From Deinococcus sp. (GTDB lineage: Bacteria > Deinococcota > Deinococci > Deinococcales > Deinococcaceae): DNA of 64,000 nt. Below are positions 1-15,156 of the stretch, piece after piece (positions within the stretch are counted from its first letter, which is position 1; each line of letters begins with the position of its first letter). Below the pieces are notes generated by a model. That model was given only the letters and a program-made list of their open reading frames with translations, was not told the DNA's origin and searched no databases. The position numbers were made by a program, and so were the translations under genes. The DNA lies in the NCBI GenBank assembly GCA_965261005.1, contig OZ253375.1:1728001-1792000 (forward strand), written 5' to 3'.

Positions 1-2
1 AG

Positions 3-266
3 CGGCTGCCCACGCTGCTGATCGAATTGCGCGTGGCAGCCGGCCTAACCCAGCGCGCGCTGAGCGAGGCGCTGGGCATTCACGAAGAACAGGTGCGCCG
101 CTACGAGGCGACCGGCTACGCGGCGGCCAGCCTCGACCGGGTGTTGCAGATTGTGGACTGTTGCCGTATGCATTTATCTACTCCTGCAATGCCGTCACCA
201 CCATTTACAGAAGTGCCGCCGCAAGCTTCTTTTTTCGAGCACTTCCCTGAACGGCGGGTCGCCTGA
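3..266 (+). CDS. XRE-family helix-turn-helix protein, 5'-truncated by the window edge
   Basis: Frame open from position 3: RLPTLLIELRVAAGLTQRALSEALGIHEEQVRRYEATGYAAASLDRVLQIV is a typical cI/XRE HTH. The C-terminal tail runs into AT-richer DNA. Confidence 0.75.
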   Translation, partial: RLPTLLIELRVAAGLTQRALSEALGIHEEQVRRYEATGYAAASLDRVLQIVDCCRMHLSTPAMPSPPFTEVPPQASFFEHFPERRVA

Positions 267-303
267 ATCAGCCGACTTCCGTAATACTTATCTTACAGGA
301 GAC

Positions 304-813
304 ATGATGTTAAGTAGCAGATTTCATCTCCTCGACCCGCAAGAGCAGCCAGTTCAGCATGCCGAATTGGCGTTGGTTGCATCCAACGGCACTTATGTAT
401 TTGCGCAAAGCAACAACAAAGGCGTCGCGGCTCTGGAATTACCAGATGAGCAACCTGGCACCCTACTTATTGCACACCCTCAACATCGTGCGTTGGTCGT
501 TTCAGATTTTTCGCCCAAGTCTAAGCATCGCCTTACTCTGTCTGGCAATCCAGGACAGGGGAGTGTCATTTTTTTATTGTCAACTGGTGAAGTGCCAGGT
601 TTGGAAGGTCGCCTCAATCCTATCAAAGATAACTTGAGACGCACATATATCTACGGTGACAACATCAGTTTTAACAACCAGCCTGAGCAACCATTCTCCT
701 TCGTTCTCGACGTACCATTTATGGCTGAGGACGCTCAGCGCCACCGCTTCAAGCTCACCGTTCGTGAAATTATTGGCCGTACCAGCTTGCTCGACTTCGA
801 GCAACAAATCTGA
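304..813 (+). CDS. Hypothetical protein (~169 aa), AT-rich, probably horizontally acquired
   Basis: SD-like AGGAGA just before ATG ATG at 304/307. Codon usage is visibly AT-richer than the flanks. Protein-like C-terminal half (STGEVPGLEGRLNPIKD...RTYIYGDNISFN). Confidence 0.7.
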   Translation: MMLSSRFHLLDPQEQPVQHAELALVASNGTYVFAQSNNKGVAALELPDEQPGTLLIAHPQHRALVVSDFSPKSKHRLTLSGNPGQGSVIFLLSTGEVPGLEGRLNPIKDNLRRTYIYGDNISFNNQPEQPFSFVLDVPFMAEDAQRHRFKLTVREIIGRTSLLDFEQQI

Positions 814-865
814 AAAGCGTTGCTTGTTTAGATCACAGCGGGGATTGCCAAGGTCTGAGCGCTTT

Positions 866-1279
866 CTAGCCCTTGCGCCACAGCCGCCAAAACAGCGCGG
901 CGGACACCAGCGCGAGGCTGCCCGGCAGCAGGTGCCACAGCCCCGCCCCCCCTTGCCACGGCAGCCCGACCAAGGCGACCAGCAGGGCCACCAGCGCGCC
1001 GACCCCGTAGGCGGCGCGCTCGTGTTTGGTGTCGTACTGCCGCACGCGCGGCAGAGGGTCGCCCATCGCGTCGCGGGCCTCGATGTAGCGGATCACCAGC
1101 ACCAGGCAGAACAGAAAGGCGATAAAGGAGGCGCCCACCTCGAAGACGCCGGGCAGCAGGGAAGCGCTCATGTCGAAGATGCTGATGATGGCCTGCCCGA
1201 GGCCGCCCAATACGCCCAGAACGGCGGCGCCCAGCAGGGGCGCGGAAGTGTAGGCGGGCGCTTCGCCGAACTCTGACAT
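866..1279 (-). CDS. Hypothetical membrane protein (4 predicted TM segments)
   Basis: 137-aa ORF with four hydrophobic stretches, GAGG SD, GC3-rich codons. Confidence 0.75.
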   Translation of the reverse strand: MSEFGEAPAYTSAPLLGAAVLGVLGGLGQAIISIFDMSASLLPGVFEVGASFIAFLFCLVLVIRYIEARDAMGDPLPRVRQYDTKHERAAYGVGALVALLVALVGLPWQGGAGLWHLLPGSLALVSAALFWRLWRKG

Positions 1280-1390
1280 TTGGACCTCTCGGGTTGGGAA
1301 CGTCGAACGTTCCCAGCATAGGGCGAACGCCTTGTTTCGCCAAGCGCCCGATTCACCACTTTGGGAGGTGAGCGCCGGTCACGGCCACTG

Positions 1391-1419
1391 TTGGACAGCT
1401 TGGAACGCTGCTCTAGACT
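1391..1419 (+). promoter_or_regulatory. Putative sigma70 promoter of aceE
   Basis: TTGGAC (1391-1396), 17 bp spacer, TAGACT (1414-1419). Confidence 0.5.
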
Positions 1420-1489
1420 GTGGGGTGCCCACAACCGCTCGGTCTGGACGCAGTTCGGATCGCCCACCATTCCGACCAAAGGGGAATTC

Positions 1490-4198
<2,709 letters not shown>

Positions 4199-4221
4199 TC
4201 GGTGCTCAGGTAAGGAGAGAT

Positions 4222-5889
<1,668 letters not shown>

Positions 5890-5893
5890 ACGT

Positions 5894-5930
5894 AAAAAAG
5901 CCGGCCCTGTAATGACACGGGGCCGGCTTT
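5894..5930. terminator. Bidirectional intrinsic terminator between convergent operons
   Basis: AAAAAAGCCGGCCC...GGGCCGGCTTT stem with A-run on one side and T-run on the other. Confidence 0.75.
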
Positions 5931-5939
5931 CCCGTGGCA

Positions 5940-6230
5940 CTACAAGCAGGCGCCGCCGCGCCACCGCACGTCGCCGTCCACCCGCACAATCTGCTCGCCG
6001 ATCACGTCGTTGTCCACGTTGACGCCGTGGCTGCCGGGGGCGACCGCGAAGCTGCGCACCCCCCGCCCCGGCACCGCGCCCACGTTGCGCCCGTCAACAA
6101 AGACGACCGCGCGGGTCAGGCAGCGGGTGTTGTCCACCGTCAGGTTGTAGCTGCTGGGCGTCACGGAGATGCGGCAGGCGGAGAGGCCCAGGGCCGCGCC
6201 CGCCAGCAAGATCATCTTCAAAGAGCGCAT
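5940..6230 (-). CDS. Small lipoprotein (96 aa), PEGA-like beta domain
   Basis: MRSLKMILLAGAALGLSAC lipobox, VFVDGRNVG and VAPGSH motifs. AAGGAG SD. True start is 6230, not the long ORF start at 7757. Confidence 0.75.
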   Translation of the reverse strand: MRSLKMILLAGAALGLSACRISVTPSSYNLTVDNTRCLTRAVVFVDGRNVGAVPGRGVRSFAVAPGSHGVNVDNDVIGEQIVRVDGDVRWRGGACL

Positions 6231-6280
6231 AGAAAACTCCTTTCGGCCGCAGGGGCGGCGCGCCTGATTATGGCCGAAAC

Positions 6281-6859
6281 TCATGGGGCCGCCGGGCGCA
6301 CCAGCGCGATGCTGCACTTGCCCAGCTTGCTGGCGTCTTTCTTGTCCACGTAGGCGTCTATGTCGGCCTTGCTGCCCGCGAACACGCCCGTAAAGCGGGT
6401 CTGGTCCTTGTTCTTGCTGGGGTCCCAGGCGAAGCAGTGCCGCTCCCGCGCCGCGCCGCCATTGTCTCCCCCCCTGTACTGCGAGGCCATCAGAAACTCG
6501 GGGTCGCTGTCCAGCGGGTCGTACCACAATTGGCCCACCGCGTTTCGGCGCGCGTCGTCCGTGAACAGCACCTGCGGGTCCTGAAAGATAACCACCCCGT
6601 CCTGGTCGGTCTCGGGCGCCCCGGCAATCTCGACCAAGAACACGTCCTCGTTTTGTTCGCCGGGCAGGTTGCCGCGCACGACCCACAGCTGACCGGGCTT
6701 CAGAATCGGGTTGACGCCCGTAGGCTGCGTGGTCGTAGGCTGAGCGGCCTGGCTGTGAGCCGTGGGGGCGCTGCCAGAAGAAGCTTGGGCGACCATCTGC
6801 GCCGGCGCGCACGAGCACAGCAGCGCGCCGACGAATAGCAAGAGGGAGAGGCGGGACAT
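6281..6859 (-). CDS. Hypothetical lipoprotein (192 aa)
   Basis: Signal peptide ending LLCSC, low-complexity linker. TACAAT 6 nt before the ATG (leaderless). Confidence 0.75.
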   Translation of the reverse strand: MSRLSLLLFVGALLCSCAPAQMVAQASSGSAPTAHSQAAQPTTTQPTGVNPILKPGQLWVVRGNLPGEQNEDVFLVEIAGAPETDQDGVVIFQDPQVLFTDDARRNAVGQLWYDPLDSDPEFLMASQYRGGDNGGAARERHCFAWDPSKNKDQTRFTGVFAGSKADIDAYVDKKDASKLGKCSIALVRPAAP

Positions 6860-6900
6860 GCTGGGATTGTAGAGGAACGCGCCCGAGAAAAAAGTCGGCC

Positions 6901-8754
6901 CTACAGCGGCGCCAACTCTCGCACCCCCGGCAGCAGATGGGCCAGCGCCAGCGGCAAGGCGGCGTCCCAGCCCTGCGGGTGGCAGGCGGCGGGGTAGGGC
7001 ACCGGGGGGCCGTCCTCACGCCCGAAGCCGGCGAACAGCTCGGGCAGGCGCTGGTCGGTTGCCCAGCGCGCCGCGTCGAACAGGGCGCGGGTGACCCGCC
7101 TCGCCTCCTCTGTGAAGCCGTACTTCGCCATGCCGAGGGCCGCCAGGGCGGTGTCGTGCGGCCACACGCTGCCGTTGTGGTACGAGACCGGGTTGTAGCG
7201 CGGCTCCCCCGCGCCCAGCGTCCGAAGGCCCCAGCCGCTCCACAGCTCCGGGCCGAGGGCCTGCGCCACCACGCCGGGGGCGTATGCCCCGGGAATAATG
7301 CCGGTCCACAGGGCGTGCGCCGGGTTGGACACCAGCACCTGCATCGGCTGCCCGTCGCCGTTGAGGCCGTGCACGTAGTAGCCGCGCTCGGGCCAGTAAA
7401 AGGCGGCCTGAAAGCGGTCTTGGAGCGCCCGCGCCCGCTCGCGGTACGCGGCGGCCCGCTCCGGCTCGCCCTCGCCGGCGTACAAATTGGCCGCCCCCAG
7501 GTAAGCCGCGTAAGCGTAGCCCTGCACCTCGACGATCGCGATGTGCCCCGAGGCGTCCACGCCCGAGCGCGTGAAGGTGGAGTCACCCGAGTCCTTCCAA
7601 ACCTGGTTGCCGATGCCGTTCGGATTCGGGTCGGGCAGGTAGTCGAGAAAGCCGTCCCCATCGGCGTCGCCGTCGCTCTCCATCCAGGAGAGGGCCGCCT
7701 CCCAATGGGGGCGCAGCTCGCGGGCCACTTCAGGAAAGCGGGCGCCAATCTCACCACACAGCCACACGAACAGCGGCGTGGCGTCCACCGAGGCGTAGTA
7801 GGGGCGGTGCGGGGTCTTGCCGGTGCGGGTCAGCTCGCCCACCCGCTCCTCGTGCAGAATTTTGCCGGGCTGCTCCAGCGTGACCGGGTCGTACTTGGCG
7901 CCTTGCCGGGCGGCCAGGTAGCGCGCCACGCCGATGGAGACTTCCGGCCGTTGCGGCAGCAGCAGGTGCGCCATGATCAAGCCGTCGCGCCCGAAGGGAG
8001 CCACGAACCACGGCAAGCCCGCCGCCGGAAACGGCCCCTGCGGGGTCCAGAACAGCAGCGAGCGCACATCCCACAGAGAACGCGCCAGCACGGCCTGGTC
8101 GGCCGGGTCGGGTAACGCGCGCCGGGGCGTCCACAGCGCGTAGTCGCGCTCTATGGCGGGGATGTCGGCCTCAACGGGCTGCTCATCTCCCTGAAGGGCG
8201 TAGACCTGAACAGAAACATCCAAATCATGCTCGGCGTCCCAAACCAGCGCCTCGCCGTCCCAGCTGGCGGGAGGCTGGGTCTCGATCAGGGTGCGGACCC
8301 GCAGCCCGTCCCCCGCCAGGTAGGCGAATTCGAGGGTGCCCTCCCCCGCCGTGACCGTGACATTGCGGCCCTCCACCTCAGGCCAACCGCGCACCTCGAA
8401 CATGTCGCGGAAGTCGGCGGCCAGCCGCAGGCGCAACTCGCGCGCCCCCTCGCGGTAGCGCTTCAGCTGCACGCGGTCACGCAACGCGGCCCCGGTCAGC
8501 TGAAGGTCGCGCGTCAGGCCGGTCTGCATGGTGTAGCCCAAGTTGGCGTTGCCGGCCACCTCGTGCAGCCACCACGGATAACGCTGGTGCTGCACCAGCG
8601 GCTGCGGTCTCTCCCCGTCCAGCTGCCACTCGTAGCGGGAGAGAAAGCGGGTGTCGCGCTTATAAAAGCCGGTCTCGCCGCCCGAGACGACGTAGTCGGC
8701 GTCGCCGACCCAGTAGAGTTCGTTTTCCTTGAGCACGGTGCGGGAAGCAAGCAT
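6901..8754 (-). CDS. Amylo-alpha-1,6-glucosidase / glycogen-debranching-like (alpha/alpha)6 glycoside hydrolase
   Basis: PWFVAPFGRD, EQPGKILHEER, YYASVDATPLF, WKDSGD, EVQGY, YHNGSVWPHD, RLPEL motifs. Start MLASRTVLKE after GGAG. Confidence 0.88.
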   Translation of the reverse strand: MLASRTVLKENELYWVGDADYVVSGGETGFYKRDTRFLSRYEWQLDGERPQPLVQHQRYPWWLHEVAGNANLGYTMQTGLTRDLQLTGAALRDRVQLKRYREGARELRLRLAADFRDMFEVRGWPEVEGRNVTVTAGEGTLEFAYLAGDGLRVRTLIETQPPASWDGEALVWDAEHDLDVSVQVYALQGDEQPVEADIPAIERDYALWTPRRALPDPADQAVLARSLWDVRSLLFWTPQGPFPAAGLPWFVAPFGRDGLIMAHLLLPQRPEVSIGVARYLAARQGAKYDPVTLEQPGKILHEERVGELTRTGKTPHRPYYASVDATPLFVWLCGEIGARFPEVARELRPHWEAALSWMESDGDADGDGFLDYLPDPNPNGIGNQVWKDSGDSTFTRSGVDASGHIAIVEVQGYAYAAYLGAANLYAGEGEPERAAAYRERARALQDRFQAAFYWPERGYYVHGLNGDGQPMQVLVSNPAHALWTGIIPGAYAPGVVAQALGPELWSGWGLRTLGAGEPRYNPVSYHNGSVWPHDTALAALGMAKYGFTEEARRVTRALFDAARWATDQRLPELFAGFGREDGPPVPYPAACHPQGWDAALPLALAHLLPGVRELAPL

Positions 8755-8809
8755 GAAAACTCCAGAGAGGTGCCTGAGAGGTGAATGAAAAGGGAGAAAA
8801 AGCTTGTCC

Positions 8810-10363
8810 TCAGCCCTTGACGGCGTCGCCGGTCTGGCTCTCCACGAAGTAGCGCTGGAACACGACAAACAGCACGATGACCGGAATGGCCGACAGCATC
8901 GCCCCGGCCAGAATCAGGCCGTAGTCGCCCGCCCCGCCGTAGACTTGCCGAAAGGAGAGCATGCCGATGGGCAAAGTCAGGTTGGGGTTCCCCTTCAGGA
9001 CCACCAGCGGCCAAAAGAAGTCGTTCCAAGCGCCTTGAAAGGTCACGATGGTCAGCGCGCCCAGGGCCGGCCCCGCCTGCGGCAGCATCACCTTCCAGAA
9101 AGTCTGAAAGGGGGTGGCGCCGTCGATGGCGGACGCTTCCTCCAACTCCTTCGGCAGCCCCTCGAAGAACTGCTTCATCAAAAAGACGCCCGCCGCCCCC
9201 ACGAAGCCGGACACCAGCAGGCCCCAGATGTTGAGCAGGCCGAGCCGCAGCAGCACCAGGTAGTTGCTGATAAAGGTGACCTGGATGGGCACCATCTGCA
9301 CGAACAGCACCAGCAAAAACAGGAAGTTCTTGCCGGGGAAGTCGAGCCGCGCGATGGCGTAGCCGGCCAGGCTGGCGAAGATGATGGTGGTGGCGACCTT
9401 GAGCAGGGCGATCAGAAACGAGTTGAGGGTCCAGCGCAAAAACAGGCTCTGGCCGCTTTGAAAGTCCACCGTCTCGCGAAAGGCCCGCACGTAGTTGTTG
9501 AAGGTGAAGCCCAGGATGCCAGGGGTGATGTTGCCAAAGCTCAGCGAGCGCCCGAAGGTCTGCACGTCAGTCGGGGGCAGCGTCGCGTCCACGAACTCCT
9601 GGCCGCGCGTGACGCTCAGGTCAAACGGCGTGCGCTCGATCAGGGGGCCGCGCAGGTAGTACTGACCGCCCGTGCGCACCAACTCCACCGGTTGACCGGC
9701 GTTGGCACCCAGGGTGTACTGCACCGCCTGCGCCGCCGGGGTGTCGAGGTTGACCTTGACCAAGTGGCCGTCAGCGAGCTTGGCCTGGAAGTCCGCCCCG
9801 CTTTGTAGGTCGGGCAGGCTGGCCGTGACGCGCTCGCCGGTCCGCCGCGTCAGCGGCGGGTAGGTGAGGCGCACCTGATAGGTGGTCACGTCGCCGTCCC
9901 GACTGACCACCGCCGGGCCGCTCAGCTTCAGGTAGTCGCGGGCGTAGGCTTGGGGCCGCGCGAAGCCGAAGCCCGCGCCGGGGCGGCGGGCCGGCACGTC
10001 CACCTCGGGTGGCGTGGTCGGCGCCCCCTTTGGCACGCGCACCCGAAAGCCGAAGGTCACGTCGGCGCCGGGAATCAGGCCGCCCGACCAGCCGTCGCCG
10101 CTCCCCTGCTGACCGAGGCGGTAGGCCCGCCCGATGGTGGCGGGGTTGAGCTGCGGGATCAGCAGCCTCGGCGGGTACTCGTTGGGGTCGGTCTTGAGGC
10201 TGGAGAGTAAGCCGAGCAAGAAGGGACCCAGAAAGACCAGCGACAGCAGCAGCATGAAGAAGTACAGCCAGCCGGCCCGCGCCCAGCGGCGGCGCGCCAG
10301 CCAGCACTCCTGCTCGGGGTTGCGCGCGGCGGCCCGGCTGCGGGCAGAAGATACGGCGCTCAC
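8810..10363 (-). CDS. Carbohydrate ABC permease (MalG-type) with a large extracytoplasmic insertion
   Basis: EAA loop ELEEASAIDGATPFQ and AWNDFFWPL. About 220-aa soluble insert after TM1. GTG start overlaps the upstream TGA. Confidence 0.9.
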   Translation of the reverse strand: MSAVSSARSRAAARNPEQECWLARRRWARAGWLYFFMLLLSLVFLGPFLLGLLSSLKTDPNEYPPRLLIPQLNPATIGRAYRLGQQGSGDGWSGGLIPGADVTFGFRVRVPKGAPTTPPEVDVPARRPGAGFGFARPQAYARDYLKLSGPAVVSRDGDVTTYQVRLTYPPLTRRTGERVTASLPDLQSGADFQAKLADGHLVKVNLDTPAAQAVQYTLGANAGQPVELVRTGGQYYLRGPLIERTPFDLSVTRGQEFVDATLPPTDVQTFGRSLSFGNITPGILGFTFNNYVRAFRETVDFQSGQSLFLRWTLNSFLIALLKVATTIIFASLAGYAIARLDFPGKNFLFLLVLFVQMVPIQVTFISNYLVLLRLGLLNIWGLLVSGFVGAAGVFLMKQFFEGLPKELEEASAIDGATPFQTFWKVMLPQAGPALGALTIVTFQGAWNDFFWPLVVLKGNPNLTLPIGMLSFRQVYGGAGDYGLILAGAMLSAIPVIVLFVVFQRYFVESQTGDAVKG

Positions 10364-11457
10364 GAGTAGGCCTCGTCGGACACGAAGAAGCGGCGCTGCA
10401 CCCACACGAACAGCAGGGTGACCAGCAGCAGCACGATGGCGGCGGCGCTGGCGATGCCCGCCGACGACACCCCGCCGCTGAAAGCGTTGCGAAAGACGTA
10501 ATACGCCAGCGTGATAATGGACTGGAGCGGCGCGGCGCTGCCGATGATGGCGACCTGGTCGAACATCTGGAGGGTGCCGATCAGGCCGACCGTCACGACA
10601 TAGAAAGTGACGGGGCGCAGCATCGGCACCGTGACGTACAGCAGTTGCTGGAACTTGCCGGCGCCGTCAATCTCGGCCGCCTCGTACAGGGCGCGCGGGA
10701 CGTTCTGCAAACCCGCCAAAAAGAAGATCATCAGCGACGGCACGGTGGTGAAGACGTTCTGGATGACAATGGTCGCCAGCGGAATCGGCAGCACGCCCAG
10801 CAGCTTGCCGGTGGTCGCGTACCACGAGATGTCCACCGGCTGCGCCTGGTACACCGGCGCGACGCCGAAGCTGGACAGCAGCCAGGTGCCGGCCACGGCC
10901 ACCAGCGCGCTGATCGCCGCCAGGGCCGGGTCGGTCCAAGCGGCCGGCAAACCGCGCGCCCGCTCGAACAGCACCTGCGCGACCTGCACGACCGCCAGAA
11001 TCAGCACAAAGGCGAGGATGACGGCGCGGTACGCCTCAACCTGTGCCAAGAGATAGTTGACGATGCCCCGGCGCTGAAACAGCCACAGAAAGATCAGCCC
11101 GATCACGACGCTGGACGTGACCGACGGCATGTACCACGCCGCGCGGAAAAAGCTGATGCCGCGCAGGCGCTGGTTCAGCGCGTTGGCGACCAGCAAGGCC
11201 AGCACCGTCTGCGTCACGGTGGTGATCACCGCGAACAGCAGCGTGTTGGTCAGGGCGATGCGGAAGTTGGGGTCGCCGAGCATGTCGGCGTAGTTTTTGA
11301 GGCCGTTCAGCTGCGGCGCGTGGAACAAATCGTAGTTGGTAAAGCTCCAGTACACGACCCGCACAAAGGCGTAGGCGAAAAACACCGCGATAGTCAGCAA
11401 AAAGGGCGCCAGAAACAGCAGGGCGGTCAGCGTGCTTTGGCGGCGCAGGGTGTTCAC
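10360..11457 (-). CDS. Carbohydrate ABC permease (MalF-type)
   Basis: LYEAAEIDGAGKFQQLLYVTVPMLRP EAA motif, multiple TM segments. Confidence 0.92.
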   Translation of the reverse strand: MNTLRRQSTLTALLFLAPFLLTIAVFFAYAFVRVVYWSFTNYDLFHAPQLNGLKNYADMLGDPNFRIALTNTLLFAVITTVTQTVLALLVANALNQRLRGISFFRAAWYMPSVTSSVVIGLIFLWLFQRRGIVNYLLAQVEAYRAVILAFVLILAVVQVAQVLFERARGLPAAWTDPALAAISALVAVAGTWLLSSFGVAPVYQAQPVDISWYATTGKLLGVLPIPLATIVIQNVFTTVPSLMIFFLAGLQNVPRALYEAAEIDGAGKFQQLLYVTVPMLRPVTFYVVTVGLIGTLQMFDQVAIIGSAAPLQSIITLAYYVFRNAFSGGVSSAGIASAAAIVLLLVTLLFVWVQRRFFVSDEAYS

Positions 11458-11522
11458 ATGAACCTCCGAAACAGGAGAGGGGGCGCGGAAACGCCCCCAT
11501 CGAAAGTTCTACCCAAAAAGAT

Positions 11523-12755
<1,233 letters not shown>

Positions 12756-12759
12756 AGGT

Positions 12760-13728
12760 CTATCCTCCAAAAGGCGCGGTCGTCTCGCCGGAAACGAGCC
12801 GCACCGGAACGCGAACACCGCGCGGCGGACCGCCCGCCAGCGCCTCCTGCACCAAGGAGAGGGCCTCCTTGGCAATTTGGGAAATGTCCTGGGCCACCGT
12901 GGTCAGGCGCCCGGCGAAGCCCACGACCTGCGGCAACTCCGGTAACCCGTCAAAGCCGATCATCGACACATCCTGCGGCACCCGCAGCCCACCGTCGTGC
13001 AAGGCCGCGACGGCGCCCACCGCCATCTCGTCGGTGGCGGCGAACACGCCGCTGGCGTGCCAGCCGCCTTCGAGCGAGCGCCGCACCGCGCGGTAGCCGC
13101 CCAGCAACGTGAAGTCGGTGGTCAGCACGCGGGCGCTGGCGCCCGCCGCCCGCGCCGCCAGCACAAAGCCCTCGCCCCGGTCGCGCGCCACCTGGCCCTC
13201 GCCGCCGCCGAGCATCAGCACATCGCGGTGCCCCAAGTCGGTCAGGGTCCGCGCGGCCAGCGCCGCCCCGCCCCGGTCATCCGGGGCGACCCAGGACCAC
13301 GCGGGATGATGGCCCACCACCACGGCCGGCACCCCGCGCGCCCGCAATAGGCCGAGTCTGGGGTCGTTCCCGCGCAGGTGCATCACCAGCACGGCGCTGG
13401 GCAGGTGGACGTGACTTGCCAAGTCCTCGCCGAGGTCGTGCAGCGCCAGCCCCACCGGCCCCACCTCGCGCTCGATGGCGCGCCGCAGCAACACTTGGTA
13501 GGGCGAGAGCAGCGGGTCCCCCGTCAGCACCGACATCCCCAGGCTGCGCCCGCTGCGCCAAGACAGGTGGCGGGCCGCTTGGTCAGGCTGGTAGCCCAGG
13601 TGGGCCATCACCTCCTCCACCCGCACGCGGGTCGCGGGCGCCACGGTTCGGTGCCCATTCAGCACCCGGCTGACCGTGCCCTTGCTGACGCCTGAGGCGC
13701 GCGCGATGTCGGTGATGGTGGGCTTCAA
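12760..13728 (-). CDS. LacI-family transcriptional regulator
   Basis: PTITDIARASGVSKGTVSRVLN HTH, GLRVPQDVSMIGFD. TTG start at 13728 after GAGGAG. Confidence 0.93.
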   Translation of the reverse strand: MKPTITDIARASGVSKGTVSRVLNGHRTVAPATRVRVEEVMAHLGYQPDQAARHLSWRSGRSLGMSVLTGDPLLSPYQVLLRRAIEREVGPVGLALHDLGEDLASHVHLPSAVLVMHLRGNDPRLGLLRARGVPAVVVGHHPAWSWVAPDDRGGAALAARTLTDLGHRDVLMLGGGEGQVARDRGEGFVLAARAAGASARVLTTDFTLLGGYRAVRRSLEGGWHASGVFAATDEMAVGAVAALHDGGLRVPQDVSMIGFDGLPELPQVVGFAGRLTTVAQDISQIAKEALSLVQEALAGGPPRGVRVPVRLVSGETTAPFGG

Positions 13729-13748
13729 GGCTGCTCCTCTGTCGTTTC

Positions 13749-13815
13749 TGTAACCGGTTACAAGCACGCCGAGACGAAGGAAATTTGTCCGAGATGCAAG
13801 CTGTAAGCGGTTACG
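13749..13815. promoter_or_regulatory. Two LacI-type operators
   Basis: Perfect palindrome TGTAACCGGTTACA (13749-13762) and near copy TGTAAGCGGTTACG (13802-13815). TTGACA on the minus strand at 13842-13847. Confidence 0.8.
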
Positions 13816-13891
13816 GATATTCAATACCCGGAAAAGCGAGCTGTCAAGCGCGGCGTTCACCATCGCCTGACAGCCCGCCGTTCTTGGTCTC

Positions 13892-15073
13892 TTAAGCCGG
13901 CTGACTGAAGCGCTCCGCCGCCGCCACCATCACGCGCAACCCGTGTTCCAGGGCCACCTCGTCCACCGTGAAGCGCGGGTGGTGGTGCGGCGAGGTGATG
14001 CCGCCCTCCTCGTTGCGCGCCCCCACGAAGAAAAAGGCGCCGGGCACCTCGCTCAGGTAGGCGCTGAAGTCCTCGCCGCCCATGGTCGGCTTGCCCTCGG
14101 TCAGGGCGTCCTCGCCGAGGGTGTCGCGCACGATCTGTTGCAACTCCGCCGTCACCTGCGGGTCGTTGTGCAGGGCGCGGTAGCCCCGCTGGTACTTGAA
14201 GCCGTAGGTCGCGCCGTGCGCCGCCGTCACGCCCGCCACCACCCGCTCCAGCCACTCGGGCGCCCGCTCTCTCAGCTCGGGATCAAAGGTGCGCACCGTG
14301 CCGCCGAGCTGGGCCACCTCGGGAATGACGTTGTCGGCGCTGCCGGCGTGAAACTGGGTGACGCTCACGACCATCGGCTCTAAGGGGTCGCGCTGGCGGG
14401 ACACCACATGTTGCAGGTTGGTCACGACCTGCGCGCCAATCGCCACCGGGTCCACCGTCTCGTTGGGGTGGGCGGCGTGGCCCCCCTTGCCGCGCACGGT
14501 GATCTCGAAGGTGTCGGGCGCCGCCATGCTGGCCCCGGCCCGCACCGCGATCAGGCCGGTCGGAAGGTACGAGGCGAGGTGGGCGCCCACCGCGAGGTCC
14601 ACCCCCTGCGTCACGCCCGCGTCCACCAGTTCCTGGGCGCCGCCGGGAAACAGCTCCTCGGCGTGCTGGAAGACGAAGCGCAGCTCGCCCGTCAGCCCGG
14701 CGCGCTTCTCCGCGAGCAGCTTGGCCGCGCCCAGCAGCATGGCGGTGTGCCCGTCATGTCCGCAGGCGTGCATCACGCCCGGATTCTGGGAGGTGAACTC
14801 GAAGTCGTTTTCCTCCTGAATGGGCAGGGCGTCCATGTCGGCGCGCAGCAGCACCGTGCGGCCCGGCCCGGCCTCCCCCATCAGGACGGCCAGAACGCTG
14901 GTCGGCGTGGGCCGGGACACGCTCAGCCCCTCAAAGCCCCCCAGCACCCCCTCGACGTACCCCGCCGTTTCGCGCTCCTGAAACGAGAGTTCGGGGTGCT
15001 GGTGCAGCCAGCGGCGCCACGCGGTCACTTGGGGGGCGAGGGCCGACACCGAATCGCGCTCTGAAATGGTCAT
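13892..15073 (-). CDS. M20D-family amidohydrolase
   Basis: LHQHPELSFQE, LRADMDALP, MHACGHDGH, FQHAEE, MGGEDF, HHPRF. Confidence 0.95.
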   Translation of the reverse strand: MTISERDSVSALAPQVTAWRRWLHQHPELSFQERETAGYVEGVLGGFEGLSVSRPTPTSVLAVLMGEAGPGRTVLLRADMDALPIQEENDFEFTSQNPGVMHACGHDGHTAMLLGAAKLLAEKRAGLTGELRFVFQHAEELFPGGAQELVDAGVTQGVDLAVGAHLASYLPTGLIAVRAGASMAAPDTFEITVRGKGGHAAHPNETVDPVAIGAQVVTNLQHVVSRQRDPLEPMVVSVTQFHAGSADNVIPEVAQLGGTVRTFDPELRERAPEWLERVVAGVTAAHGATYGFKYQRGYRALHNDPQVTAELQQIVRDTLGEDALTEGKPTMGGEDFSAYLSEVPGAFFFVGARNEEGGITSPHHHPRFTVDEVALEHGLRVMVAAAERFSQPA

Positions 15074-15156
15074 GGGTCAGCCTACAACCGGGCCGCCGGG
15101 GTGCCAAGTCCGCCACCCCGGCCCCGCCGATTTTCCAAGATAGATGTGAAGATTTT

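Noticed and set aside
5940..7757. Apparent long fusion ORFs (5940-7757, 23612-25978, 31853-33586, 38081-39508)
   Set aside because: Only the 3' parts are credible genes with their own starts. The 5' extensions are off-frame overlaps with neighbours.
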